DNA of 51,535 nucleotides from Sanchytrium tribonematis (GCA_018985235.1 JADGIG010000013.1:1-51535); one strand, 5' to 3'; counted from the stretch's first letter, positions 34,260-45,082 are shown. The notes: a model not told the origin generated them from the letters alone. Translations and numbers: made by a program.

Positions 34260-35388
34260 TCAGTCCAAGTTATAGTAAATTCCTTCTGGGTCAAGATATA
34301 GTAAGTCATCGTTGGTTGATCTAGGAACCGAACTAACTTGATTTTGCCTTGCAAGGCTTTTGATGTAACCATTGATTTCTTCCGGTTTAATAAAACGGTT
34401 TTGGGAAAGCATTACAGCCGCAACTCCGGCCTAAATTATTTAGAAATACCACAAATGGTGAAGCCATACTAGTTCCACTTTTAAAGACGTTCTTGGTGGT
34501 TGTTCCTGGACCAAGAGAGGCAATTTGCTCTCCAGGTGCTAAAATGTCTAAGCACATTCCATAATTGCTAAATCTACTAAATGTTCGTGATTGCGATACA
34601 CTTCCCACAGTGATTATCTTATCGGCACTAGCAGGCGTGTATTGACAGCTATCAGCTGCTGAGTTACCAGCAGCCGCAACAATTGTTAAGCCTTTTGTCA
34701 CTAGATCATTGAGAACAGTATTAATAGCAACATTTTTTGCTCCAGACAGCGACATGTTGACAACAGCAGGATTGCATTTTCCTTTTGAAGTGAGGTAGAC
34801 CCACTGCAAGGCATCCAAAACACAAGACCACCTACTATTTCCCGTACGGGACAATGCCTTGACAGCTATAATATTTGCCTTTTTAGCAACACCGTAGGTC
34901 TTGCTCGCAACTATGCCAGCCACATGAGTGCCATGCCCATTTAAATCGTCATTCGCCTTGTCTGCGGAATCGTATGAAAACATATTCAATCCGAAAGTCG
35001 CCCTTCCCTCCAATTCTGTATTTTGAATACTGACACCAGTATCTATGATATAAACATCAACGCCTGCACCAGCTTGCGGAGGATATTTAAATGTGTCACT
35101 ATTGGAAATCTGCATCAATGGCCACCCTGCACTTGTTTGTTTTGCATAGTTAGCAATTGTTACCTCCTCGTCCTTGAAGTGATCGTATTGATTGAACATG
35201 TGTAAATTTTCATCAGACACAACTCCTATTCGCAAATCGTCGAATGAAACAACTTTTTCTAATCCGAAAGTAGAAATTTCTGATTTAGGAAGGATTACTA
35301 AATTATTGACTGGCCCAGTTAAACTACAGACGTAGGTTGAAGCATCTAATTTTAATTGCTGGCAAAGAAGTATTTGAAGAAGCAACAT
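34260..35388 (-). CDS. Secreted subtilisin (S8A, proteinase K-like), 2 exons, 369 aa
   Basis: IDTG, NGHGTHVAG, AAGN, SGTSMASP; 19-nt intron 34431-34449; true C-terminus ..GIYYNLD* not in ORF track. Confidence 0.92.
34431..34449 (-). other. 19-nt intron GTATTTCTAAATAATTTAG
   Basis: Removal restores GTSMASPFV-AGVAA. Confidence 0.93.
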
Positions 35389-35432
35389 TCTGAAACTATT
35401 TGCGACGTCACTTCGATACCAATAAATTTATT

Positions 35433-36168
35433 CTAGACAATTTTATCTAGCTCGGCTTGATATAATATGGCACGCTTTGCTAATAAATTGCAATCAACAT
35501 CTAATTTTTCTTCTTCTTGATTAAACAGAATCCAACCATTCTCGATTTTCCAACCCATAGATTTTACCAATTCAACAACATGATCCGTACTCTTACAGTA
35601 AAGCATGTGTTCAGCTGATTGTACGCTCAAATGAGGATACGTAACGGACGCCATTTTTAAAATTCTTTTTCTAAATAAATAGGAATTACTGTATGGTATC
35701 CAAAATCAATTTTAATAAAATTTTGTAATGTGGACTTGGTCCATTTGAAAGAGCGTGTAATTGAGAAAAGGAGCCCTGTTCAATCGAGAAGTGAACTTGC
35801 ATACAATAGTCAATATAAATATTATCAATAACGTCTTTTGGTGGGATAGTCTCAATCATTGAGTAGTATTCAGAAGTTTGTTTGTTTGCTAGTAGAAATA
35901 ACAAATACAAACCAATAAAGAAATACTTATTAGGTGTAGAATGATGCGAATAGAACGGGATTAAAATACTTAGAATAGTAGACAAGGTTGTCAAATTTGG
36001 ATTTGGGTGTTCCAACACGCCTTCTACTAATTTTTCGTAAAGAACCGCAACGCTCAGATTTTTTGAGTCCGGAACTAACATTGAAGACTTTGCGCATTCT
36101 GTCATAATCTCACTGACAGTATTGTCATTCCAATTGGCAACTTTTTTAACAAGGATATCAACGGACAT
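35433..36168 (-). CDS. RPN12: 26S proteasome lid subunit Rpn12, 2 exons, 238 aa
   Basis: IGLYLLFLLA, NIYI, EQGSF, LILDTI, YQAELDKIV; 19-nt intron 35671-35689. Confidence 0.85.
35671..35689 (-). other. 19-nt intron GTAATTCCTATTTATTTAG
   Basis: Removal gives LDTI-Q-KRILKMASVTY. Confidence 0.9.
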
Positions 36169-36314
36169 GGAGGAGTTTTAAAAAATATAAGAGAATTTTA
36201 TGAAATGTTGAACTAATTTTAGTAATACAACTTGTTTGCCAGAGATAGAAAAATTGTGAAGTTTATGACATGCTGCGATTATTTATGAAAATTTGGAGCA
36301 TTTGTGAAACAATA

Positions 36315-36818
36315 ATGTTGAGTGCCATTGCTTTATATGATTTTACTGGAACGGGAGATCCAAATGAACTACATTTTCGTAAAGACGAAGTCCTAGAATT
36401 ACAGACTACAGACGGCGATTGGTTACAAGCTAGGTCGAATGGAAAGACAGGAATGGTTCCTAGAAATTATATCCAGATACTTACTGATGTGAAGCCGATT
36501 TCTCAATCAAATGAATTTACCTCACAATCTTCCGGTATCGTCCCAAATGCAGTGAATCAACAAGATTTTGATAAAAACTTATTACAACAATTTAACGCTG
36601 CTCTCGCGAATTTGAATGAAAATCAGCCTATACCTCAAAATGTCATGAGTTCGTACAGTTTGGCAAAGGAACATTCAATTAAACTAAATGAGAGAGTGTC
36701 AAAGTTACAGCAGGAACAAAATAAGTTGTTGGAATTACATTCCAAAGTGGTTCATGCAAATCAGTTGTATGATCAATTGATGGAGTACCAAATGATTTCC
36801 AAAATGAATTTTCAATAA
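36315..36818 (+). CDS. SH3 + coiled-coil protein, possible minimal Hse1/STAM
   Basis: ALYDF..ELHF..DW..GMVPRNY SH3; LLELHSKVVHANQLYDQLM resembles the STAM/Hse1 GAT helix; alternative start 36270. Confidence 0.6.
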   Translation: MLSAIALYDFTGTGDPNELHFRKDEVLELQTTDGDWLQARSNGKTGMVPRNYIQILTDVKPISQSNEFTSQSSGIVPNAVNQQDFDKNLLQQFNAALANLNENQPIPQNVMSSYSLAKEHSIKLNERVSKLQQEQNKLLELHSKVVHANQLYDQLMEYQMISKMNFQ

Positions 36819-36858
36819 ATTATGAAGGAATAAACGGAGAAGTGGAGCACACAAAGTT

Positions 36859-39477
36859 ATGGTTCAATTGAGTCAATTTTCAAGTCTAAAAGACTCTGAT
36901 CCTTATGTCAGACACGGCGCAATTGAGCAATTGCTACAAAACGAACTATCTTCAGAAGAAAAAATCCCAATAATTGAATTTTTAATTGGTAGAGTTGAGG
37001 ACACATTATCGGTTGATTTAATTTTAAATTTTTTGGCTGAAAATGTTGAATTGATCGACCTCAACAATATGAATCGCTTGATGAAAGAATTGTCTGCTGT
37101 AATTAATGTGCAGTCAAATCCTTACAACACTAGAAAAAACATCTATATTATATTTCAACACAAATTTAAAAGCAAAAATCTTACAACTGAATTTATTGAT
37201 TTTTATGTGCAATCTATTGATGGGGAGAAGGATCCAAGGAATTTAGTAATCATATTCCAAATAACTTCCAAACTATTGAAAAATATTGATACATCGAAAA
37301 CACGAGAGCAACTTTATGAAATAACTAGCTGCTATTTTCCAATAACATTCACTAATGAATCAGACTTAGAATTAGAAACCAAGCTTAAATCGCTTTTAGA
37401 AAATATTTTATCCTCGCCTCATTTTGCTAGTTTAACAATTGAACTCGTGATGGAAAAGTTGGAATTGAACCCGAGCCCTTCCCTAAGTTTATTATATAAG
37501 ACATTGGATAAGTCTCATTCAATCCCACATATGGATAAACTCCAAAGTATTTTATTTCAGGATATTTTTGTACGTAGTCGTGCAGACTCGATTCCTGCTA
37601 TTACTAAGTTAGTTGATAATTTTCAACCTTTGCTTGAAATAGTTATAACGAAAGCAATGGAAAACATCATTCCGCCCGATTCGCGGAACGCAAGGCTGGC
37701 TTGCGAGCTTTTATCTAGATGTTGCAATTGTCCAGAAAATTGTACAAATATTATCACTAAAACTTCGGCTGTTTTTTGCTCAATATATGATTCCAACAGT
37801 GATGATACTTTTAAAAGTGCTGTGCTAGACAGAATTGAAGAGATTCTATACGGAATTCGAAAATGCACTAGTTTCCAAGTTACTCAGGTTGTTAATTTTA
37901 AGGATCGCTTTTTAGATGCAGTTTATGAAGCTTTAAATTCTGAATTTGGGCCTTTGAGATTATCGGCTTATTCTTGTCTTAATAGCATGTTGTTGATTAA
38001 AAATTATATAGTGAGCACAAACATTCATGTCTCTCTATTGACTCTTTGTGAGGGCATAAAAGATTCAGAGTCTTATGTTCAAGAGTACATTGTTAAGTGT
38101 CTTTCGAATCTGGCAAATATGTTTCCAGCTGAATTTGAACAATCTGGTGGTTGTTTAGAGTTTTTATTTAATTTTCTTGAGGATCAGGATAATTTTTCAG
38201 AAGATATTATTTTAGAATTATCCGATTCTGTTCTGGCTGACAATGTAATAATGCATATTTTAAATAGAGTAATATCATCAAAGCAGCTAGATGACACTAT
38301 ATTTTGTTGCGAATTATTATGCCATGTCTTTAAATCAAAATATCTTAAAAGTAAGACCCAGAACAACGTTTATTCAAAAATTACCTGCATCCTAATTGAT
38401 TTGTTTTTAAATCAACCACAATTAGACGCATATCACGATTTGGTATTTGAACTTTTTATGTATTTATGCTGTAGTTGTTCCAACTCTTCACAAATGGAGT
38501 TGCTGCAACATTTTTTGCAGTCAACAAATTTTTCAGTCAATGGAGATCTGCCTTCTCCATCCTCTTTACATTTAGCAATATATGCTGGATTGCTTTGTGG
38601 GATGAAAAGCTATGACTCGCTGGAATCCAGTGAGGGTAGATTTATATTGCCTCATTTTAAAAGGTGTGTTTTAACAAGATCCGATTACGATGCAATAATT
38701 TTGTCCAATATTTTAAACAAGTCCAGTGTAGAAAGTGTTTCTGAATTTTTAAACACTCAAGAATTTCAACAATATTTCAAGCGGCTTATAAACGATTCTG
38801 TACAAGTCGAAACAAGCATAAAAACGATCTCTTGGATTTTCAAAGGTTTATGTTTACGGTGTCACCCTCAGTGTTCAAAATTATTGCAACACTTTATTTT
38901 AGGCATAAGCAATGATCAAGGTGAACTGATTGCGAAGCAGTTTGACTTCATTTTTTCGGATTCAGTTGGTGTTAGCACTCTTAATTATTGTAAAATCAGA
39001 TCCTTTGCATCGCAGAAACTATTTAGCAGCATTTCCGACGATCTTTTAGATTACAAATCCAAATCGCATGAATATCAAAAATTTTATTTGATAGCTATTT
39101 ACGGGTTTTTGAACAATATAAGTGAAAACATTGTCATAATGGAAATGGAGAAACTTTATCCTGTCCTAATTGACGGTCTAGAAGTAGCCGACCTTCAAAT
39201 TAAAGCACTCCGAATTTTGGAAAAGTCAGCAGCGAACGCTCTTGACTCTGAGATTCTCGATTTAATTATTGAAAAATTGCTAAGTTTGGTTGTCAGTGTA
39301 GATTTGCAAGTAAAACTTTCGTCGCTGTACACATTAAAAACATTGGGAGATAAGCATAATCCGCTTCGGTTTAAAAAGCAAATAGTCGAAGCCTTAAAGC
39401 CTTTACTAGATGACAGAAAGAGAATTGTGAGGGATCTCGCCATCAAAGTACGATACGCTTATATTTTAATGCACTAA
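36859..39477 (+). CDS. MET18: MMS19/Met18 cytosolic Fe-S assembly factor
   Basis: IDGEKDPRNL, SCYFPITF, LDDRKRIVR. Confidence 0.93.
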   Translation: MVQLSQFSSLKDSDPYVRHGAIEQLLQNELSSEEKIPIIEFLIGRVEDTLSVDLILNFLAENVELIDLNNMNRLMKELSAVINVQSNPYNTRKNIYIIFQHKFKSKNLTTEFIDFYVQSIDGEKDPRNLVIIFQITSKLLKNIDTSKTREQLYEITSCYFPITFTNESDLELETKLKSLLENILSSPHFASLTIELVMEKLELNPSPSLSLLYKTLDKSHSIPHMDKLQSILFQDIFVRSRADSIPAITKLVDNFQPLLEIVITKAMENIIPPDSRNARLACELLSRCCNCPENCTNIITKTSAVFCSIYDSNSDDTFKSAVLDRIEEILYGIRKCTSFQVTQVVNFKDRFLDAVYEALNSEFGPLRLSAYSCLNSMLLIKNYIVSTNIHVSLLTLCEGIKDSESYVQEYIVKCLSNLANMFPAEFEQSGGCLEFLFNFLEDQDNFSEDIILELSDSVLADNVIMHILNRVISSKQLDDTIFCCELLCHVFKSKYLKSKTQNNVYSKITCILIDLFLNQPQLDAYHDLVFELFMYLCCSCSNSSQMELLQHFLQSTNFSVNGDLPSPSSLHLAIYAGLLCGMKSYDSLESSEGRFILPHFKRCVLTRSDYDAIILSNILNKSSVESVSEFLNTQEFQQYFKRLINDSVQVETSIKTISWIFKGLCLRCHPQCSKLLQHFILGISNDQGELIAKQFDFIFSDSVGVSTLNYCKIRSFASQKLFSSISDDLLDYKSKSHEYQKFYLIAIYGFLNNISENIVIMEMEKLYPVLIDGLEVADLQIKALRILEKSAANALDSEILDLIIEKLLSLVVSVDLQVKLSSLYTLKTLGDKHNPLRFKKQIVEALKPLLDDRKRIVRDLAIKVRYAYILMH

Positions 39478-39582
39478 TAAAATTAATCGAAAAAGCTCCA
39501 AATTCGTTAAGCCTCTCTCAACAACTTAGATTTGCCGTGAAAGATATGTGAATTATGCAATATAAAATCCAATTCCCAATGA

Positions 39583-40719
39583 TCATTTTTTCATCATGTT
39601 AGAAAGTTCCAATTGGTGATATTCTAGCTGATTCAAAGCATGCTCGACTTCTTCCAATTCAACCGAAGCGAGCTCTCGCTTAGTATCATACCATTGCTGT
39701 TTTAATTCGGAGGTAGACTGTGAATTGGGGGTGAATTCAAATGGGCTGGCTGTATAAACCGACTTGGGAAGTCTAGAGCTCGGATTTATGGTATCAAATT
39801 TATCTTCCTCTGGTGTTTTTGCGATTTCCTTCAAAATAATTTGATTACTTTTCAGTGTCTTACCTAATTGATCAATTATGCTCTGCTGTTGATCAATTAT
39901 CGAGATAAATTTTGAGGGCTCTTCATCGACCTTTGAATTGTTTGCATCTTTCTCTTGTATTTTCAATCTTAAGCTTCGAACTAGAGATTCTGAATTTTGA
40001 AGTTGTTCAATCAGATTCCTGTTTTTTTGTCTTTCTGCACTAAGTAAATCAACCGAGCTATGAACTTCAAGCCGGTCGACCTTGCTGGAATTTCTACAGG
40101 CTCCTAATTTTTCTTCTAATTCAATTATTCTATCATTTTTAGACTTATATTTTGTCAATAATAATTCATATTCATGGTGAAGTTTGGTGTATTCATCTGC
40201 CACTTTTTCATATTCTTCCCCCATGTCATTAAAGTCGTCGACACATAAATTGTAGGCAACTGTCATTTTATCAAGAGCTTGTTGACATTTTCTAAGCTTT
40301 GAATAGGTAGAGTCTAGTTGAATTTGAGTATCCAAAATTTGTTGGTTTAATTTAAGTGTGGTATCATTTGCGTGAAAATTTATTTGATGTTTAAATTCCT
40401 GCTTTTTAAAATTTTTCAATTCCTCAATTTCTAACTCCTTTAAATCTAATTGCTCTTGATATTGATCTAATTTTGCACATAGGGATTCTACTGTGAAAGG
40501 CAATGAGTCAGTTTGTATAGATTCGTTCAAAATGTTCGGAATTGTTTGAGCAATGGCATTTTTTAATGGCACCTTTGTAGATTTTTTTAATTGTGTTGGG
40601 CTTACTTTTGTTAAAAAAGCTTTTTTCTTATTTGTTAAGGGATGAGAGAGATTTTTCTGATCTAGAGCATCCTTGACCTGATTAAATTCATGAGTGAACT
40701 CTTGAAATAGTTTCTCCAT
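39583..40719 (-). CDS. Coiled-coil protein of unknown function (378 aa)
   Basis: Long heptad-rich ORF; ATG overlaps the upstream stop (TAATG). Confidence 0.75.
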   Translation of the reverse strand: MEKLFQEFTHEFNQVKDALDQKNLSHPLTNKKKAFLTKVSPTQLKKSTKVPLKNAIAQTIPNILNESIQTDSLPFTVESLCAKLDQYQEQLDLKELEIEELKNFKKQEFKHQINFHANDTTLKLNQQILDTQIQLDSTYSKLRKCQQALDKMTVAYNLCVDDFNDMGEEYEKVADEYTKLHHEYELLLTKYKSKNDRIIELEEKLGACRNSSKVDRLEVHSSVDLLSAERQKNRNLIEQLQNSESLVRSLRLKIQEKDANNSKVDEEPSKFISIIDQQQSIIDQLGKTLKSNQIILKEIAKTPEEDKFDTINPSSRLPKSVYTASPFEFTPNSQSTSELKQQWYDTKRELASVELEEVEHALNQLEYHQLELSNMMKK

Positions 40720-41879
40720 TAGCTGAAACTTGGAGACATTTCAAGGTAATTATTTTCAATACAAGATCTGAGAAGTTCAGTTTCTCGAGATAGTGTAGAG
40801 CAATAAGGAATATATTCTCTTATAGATTCCAGTGATCCTGAAAATTCAATTTGTACTGATTCGGACTTCGCTTGCAGAATTTTTTTCTCTAAAAAGGTTT
40901 GTGTGGTCACAATTATAATAGTTTTGAAATCAAATAAAGACACCAAATTGGCATACTTAGGCTTTGTGATTATCCATATAACAAACTTACAGTTGAATGT
41001 TAATAAAATTTCATCATTTAGAACAAAATAAGTCTTATGAGGGTCACAAAGTGGATTATAGATTGAAAAACGTATTAAGATGCAATCTTTAAGCTCAAGC
41101 TCTTCATTCGACACAATAATGCTGCCGTCGTAAGTAGGATATGCATTCAGTACGGAGTTGTAAAGATAACACAACCCTTGCAAATGGCTTTCTGTATGAA
41201 AAATACCAGGCGATAACTTTGTCAATTGAACTTCTTTTTTTCTAATATTGACAACACAGTCAAGTGCGGATGCAGTGATCGCAAATACCAATGCCACAGA
41301 GATTATTCCAACCTCACTGAAATGTTGAGTAAGGCATCCTCCAATGTAAACACCTAGTAATGAAAGGAGAAACAAAATTGAATTGACAATTGGTAACTTA
41401 TTCCGGAAAATGATCTTTGCTAAATAAAAAGTTGCAGCTAAAACAAAACAGACTACTTCTGGTAATTGCGGATGGTCGGATAAAATCAAAAACAAAAAAC
41501 CTGATATACCATACGAATAATCTAAAAATAACATTGTGCTTCTGTATCTATACTCTAAGGGGTTTTTCTTCATTTTTGTCAATATTGCCAGCCAAAAATA
41601 ATAGAGCCCTGAAATTACCATTGATGAAATACAATAATAAGACAATCCAGATCGTAGTCCAAGAAAACCACAGTATAAAAATAAAACTACAAAGTTAAAA
41701 AATACTACAATGCCGTTAATTTTTAGTCTGCGCTTGGATTTTTCTAATTGGAATGTACTCAAAAATCTGGAAAAATCGATGTTTCCAATAAGATTTCCGA
41801 ATTCTTGCAAAAATGACTCTGATTTGCGACATTCTGAAGATGATAGTGAATTAAGGTCTTGAATCGCAGTGTCACTCAT
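40719..41879 (-). CDS. ~6-TM membrane protein with C-terminal soluble domain; possibly a degenerate rhodopsin-guanylyl-cyclase-like protein
   Basis: 386-aa ORF with six hydrophobic segments (CDS well supported); faint colinear similarity to fungal RGC/BeGC1 by eye (product tentative). Confidence 0.4.
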   Translation of the reverse strand: MSDTAIQDLNSLSSSECRKSESFLQEFGNLIGNIDFSRFLSTFQLEKSKRRLKINGIVVFFNFVVLFLYCGFLGLRSGLSYYCISSMVISGLYYFWLAILTKMKKNPLEYRYRSTMLFLDYSYGISGFLFLILSDHPQLPEVVCFVLAATFYLAKIIFRNKLPIVNSILFLLSLLGVYIGGCLTQHFSEVGIISVALVFAITASALDCVVNIRKKEVQLTKLSPGIFHTESHLQGLCYLYNSVLNAYPTYDGSIIVSNEELELKDCILIRFSIYNPLCDPHKTYFVLNDEILLTFNCKFVIWIITKPKYANLVSLFDFKTIIIVTTQTFLEKKILQAKSESVQIEFSGSLESIREYIPYCSTLSRETELLRSCIENNYLEMSPSFS

Positions 41880-41917
41880 TCTCCGAGCGTTTTTCCTACT
41901 TGAAATATATAGCAAAA

Positions 41918-41932
41918 TTCAGCCAATCAAAA
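41918..41932 (+). promoter_or_regulatory. CCAAT box TTCAGCCAATCAAAA
   Basis: Identical to 27830-27844. Confidence 0.5.
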
Positions 41933-41991
41933 GATTGAAGCCGCTTTTAATTTGCTTGTATTTCTCAGTATGACGATGGTTACTACCTAAC

Positions 41992-44900
41992 TTAATTTAT
42001 TTTTAAAATAATTGTTTTAACTTCAAATGGATGCAATTTTAATTGCAAATCGGTGACTTCCAATAGATCTTCCAAAACATTGGAGAGGTACGCCTTTTCA
42101 ATTTTGATATTAGGAACAATCTTGACTGTCCCATGTCCCCCGCAGCTCTCGAATAGTCTCAAAATGATGTGTTTCTGGTTTCTTTCTCCTATTTTGATTG
42201 TATCTAAAATGACATTTTGAGATGGATTTTCAAGGCTAATAATAGGATTGATGTTACTTTTCCAACTTCCCGGTAAAACAGTACAGGGATGATTAAATTC
42301 GTACGCCTTTTTGATCACCTGAGCGTTGGAAGAATCTTGCAAATGAGGATAAAAGGCGTATTTGAAATCGTGAATGCACATGTCACAATTTGCATCTGGC
42401 CCTTTAGGAGATCGTAACAAACTGATTGCTAGGTCTTTAAATAGACAAGAATAGCCGTACTTGCAATCGGAAAACAAGCTCACTCCATAATCAAATTCCG
42501 AGATGTCTACAAATTTGTGCCCTAAGCATTCAAATTTTGCAACATCCCAAGACGTATTTCTGTGTGTCGGACGTTGGACATAGCCATGTTGAATGTCATA
42601 AGTCGCATTGTCAGCGTTTATCTCGACTGGAAAATGAACTTTTAACAATTTGTGGCTCTCATTCCAATCCACTTGAGTCTGGAAATCAATCAATTTTGTA
42701 TCTTCTTGGATAGTAATCAATTGTGTAAGCGCACTCTTATCGCTGAGCTTAACTACCAATTCAAAGGAAGTGTGCGTATCTTTTTGCGATTTCAACGAGA
42801 ATTTATAATTTTCAGATTTAGGCTTCCACCACTTTTCGAGGGCCGTAACTTCTACATCCCAGGCATCTAAATTAAAATATATTACCCCAGAAAATCGGAA
42901 TATCTTCGTATATTCTAAACTCATTTCCAACTTTACCTGACTCGATAACTTCGCGATTTGCTTCCTTATCGAAAAATGAAACAATTTCACCTTGTGAATT
43001 AAATTTTAGAGAATATAAGCTAGTTTCTACGGATGTAATATTGGCACATTGTACTTTAATTTTATCATTGGCTGATTTGTATTGACCCACCACCAAGGCG
43101 CTATTAGCGGAAATACTTTCGACAACTACTCGTTCTTTTTTATCTGGTAGCTCGATAAGTTGATCCACGGTCCAGCAGTGTGGATTGTAAATGCTATGGT
43201 GCTGATCTTTTATCAATAATACATCCTCAAGGTCGCTGATCAAGTTATCTAACTCCAAATCTGTCTCTTCGTATATCTTTCTGCTATCTTTGTAAACCAA
43301 TTCTATACTACTTCCTGGTAATACATCATGAAATTGATTAAGTAAAACATTTTTCCATAATTCCCTTAATTTTTCAGATGGATATACTTTGAAATTATTA
43401 ACGTGAGCAATCGTAGCTAGCTGTTCAACCATTTGAAGCTTAAATTCTAGCTTTCTATTCCATTTCTTGTTTCTTGCCTGAGATGTAAAGGTTCCTCTAT
43501 GAAGTTCAAAATAAAGTTCGCCTTTATAGACGCTCAAGTCATTTTTCACAGAATTTAAATGGTCATAAACCACAATGGGATCTTTGTACGTGACGCTTGG
43601 AATGCTGGGGCATTTTCTGGCTCTAGCAAGATTTTCCAAATGTTGCCTTGTTGGCCCACCACCACCATCACCGTCCCCGAATAATAATACGGATTTGTTC
43701 GTATATCTCAAATCTTTGTTATCTTTGATACTGGCAAGAACGTGATTAATTTGCCCGTCAGAGTTATACGTGGAGGAGGGACAGAAATGTGCAATAACCT
43801 CAGAGCTGTCAATTCCTCTCCATCTAAATGAATGGTGTGGAAAAGAATTGATGTTATTCCAAGAAAGTTTTTGAGTAAAAAAATAAGACATTCCTGCTGA
43901 TTTTAGGATCTGTGGCAATGCCCCACTGTAACCAAAAGTATCCGGTAGCCAAAATATTTTGGAACGAAATCCAAATTCGCTTTCAAAAAAAAGTTGACCG
44001 TACAGCATTTGCCTGCAAAAAGCCTCACCACTTGGCATGTTCCCATCCATTTCGACACATGACCCACCAATTGGAATAAACTGACCTTTCTTCACAAATT
44101 CTAAAATTTCATCCCAAACCTCTGGATATTCCTTTTTGACCCATTCCATTTGAATAGTTTGAGAGCAAACAAATTTAAACTCGGGATCTTCTTTCATAAA
44201 ATTGACTTGAGTTTTCCAAGATCTCATGCACTTCTGAACCGTTTGTTGATAACCCCACAGCCATGCTGTGTCAATATGGCAGTGACCGACAGCCACCACT
44301 TCATGTTGATATTCTAAATTATCTTGTCCCTTTAAGAATTTTTTCATCAAACTCTGAGCAGTTGCCCAAGTGGATTTATCTTCGGCATTGAAAATAGTAA
44401 CAATCTCGTGAGCAGTATTTAGAGCTCGATTTTTAATTTCGCCTTCAGTTAAATCGTTGTAACACATTTTTAAAAAACGCAAATCATTTTGAAGTTCATT
44501 AATAGTATTATTTACCTGTTTAATATCCAAGGCAGAAATGTAATACGTTCTGTTGTCATCTGATGGAGAAATATCCCCAGCAATCCCGTTTCCAAACATT
44601 CTATTGCAGGCAAATTCAATGTAAAACAATAAGTAATTACTTCCTGTTGATTGAATTAAATCATTCAATTTAAAATACTGTCGATTTTCCGAAACACATT
44701 GTAACGGAGCACCATTTTCACTGTAAATCATACCTTCACATCCACCGTCGACATGAAGATATATTGATGTTTCTTTTGTTATCCAATCTTTTGGTACACT
44801 TACTTTGACCTTTCCCCAACTAGTTGCCCAAGACTTTCCCAAAAATCCCCCATTGCCAGTCGGTTTAAAGTCAAGTTTGACGGCCTCTTGAAATTTGATC

Positions 44901-45082
44901 ACCTTGTGTGGCTCAAGTACAGATACGGCAATTTCAACATCAGTAGTATTTTCAATTAACAAAGATGGCAGGGTAAAGCCGGAGTATAAAGAATTATTAG
45001 AGACAAAATTCTCGATTCTAGACTTCAAGATATGCGTCGGATATTTGCTTCTGCCATTTGAAGTCGAGTCAATTGGTGACAT
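41992..45082 (-). CDS. AMS1: Alpha-mannosidase GH38 (Ams1/MAN2C1), 2 exons, 1023 aa
   Basis: GHCHIDTAWLW, WLPDTFGYS, GDGGGGP, ELHRGT, QFHDVLPGS, RPTHRNTSWD; 19-nt intron 42867-42885. Confidence 0.96.
42867..42885 (-). other. 19-nt intron GTAATATATTTTAATTTAG
   Basis: Removal restores conserved EDIPIFW-D-AWDVE. Confidence 0.95.

Noticed and set aside
1378..45082. Split ORFs as pseudogenes, programmed frameshifts or sequencing errors
   Set aside because: Every break is explained by a 19/20-nt GT-AG segment with a shared consensus that restores conserved motifs
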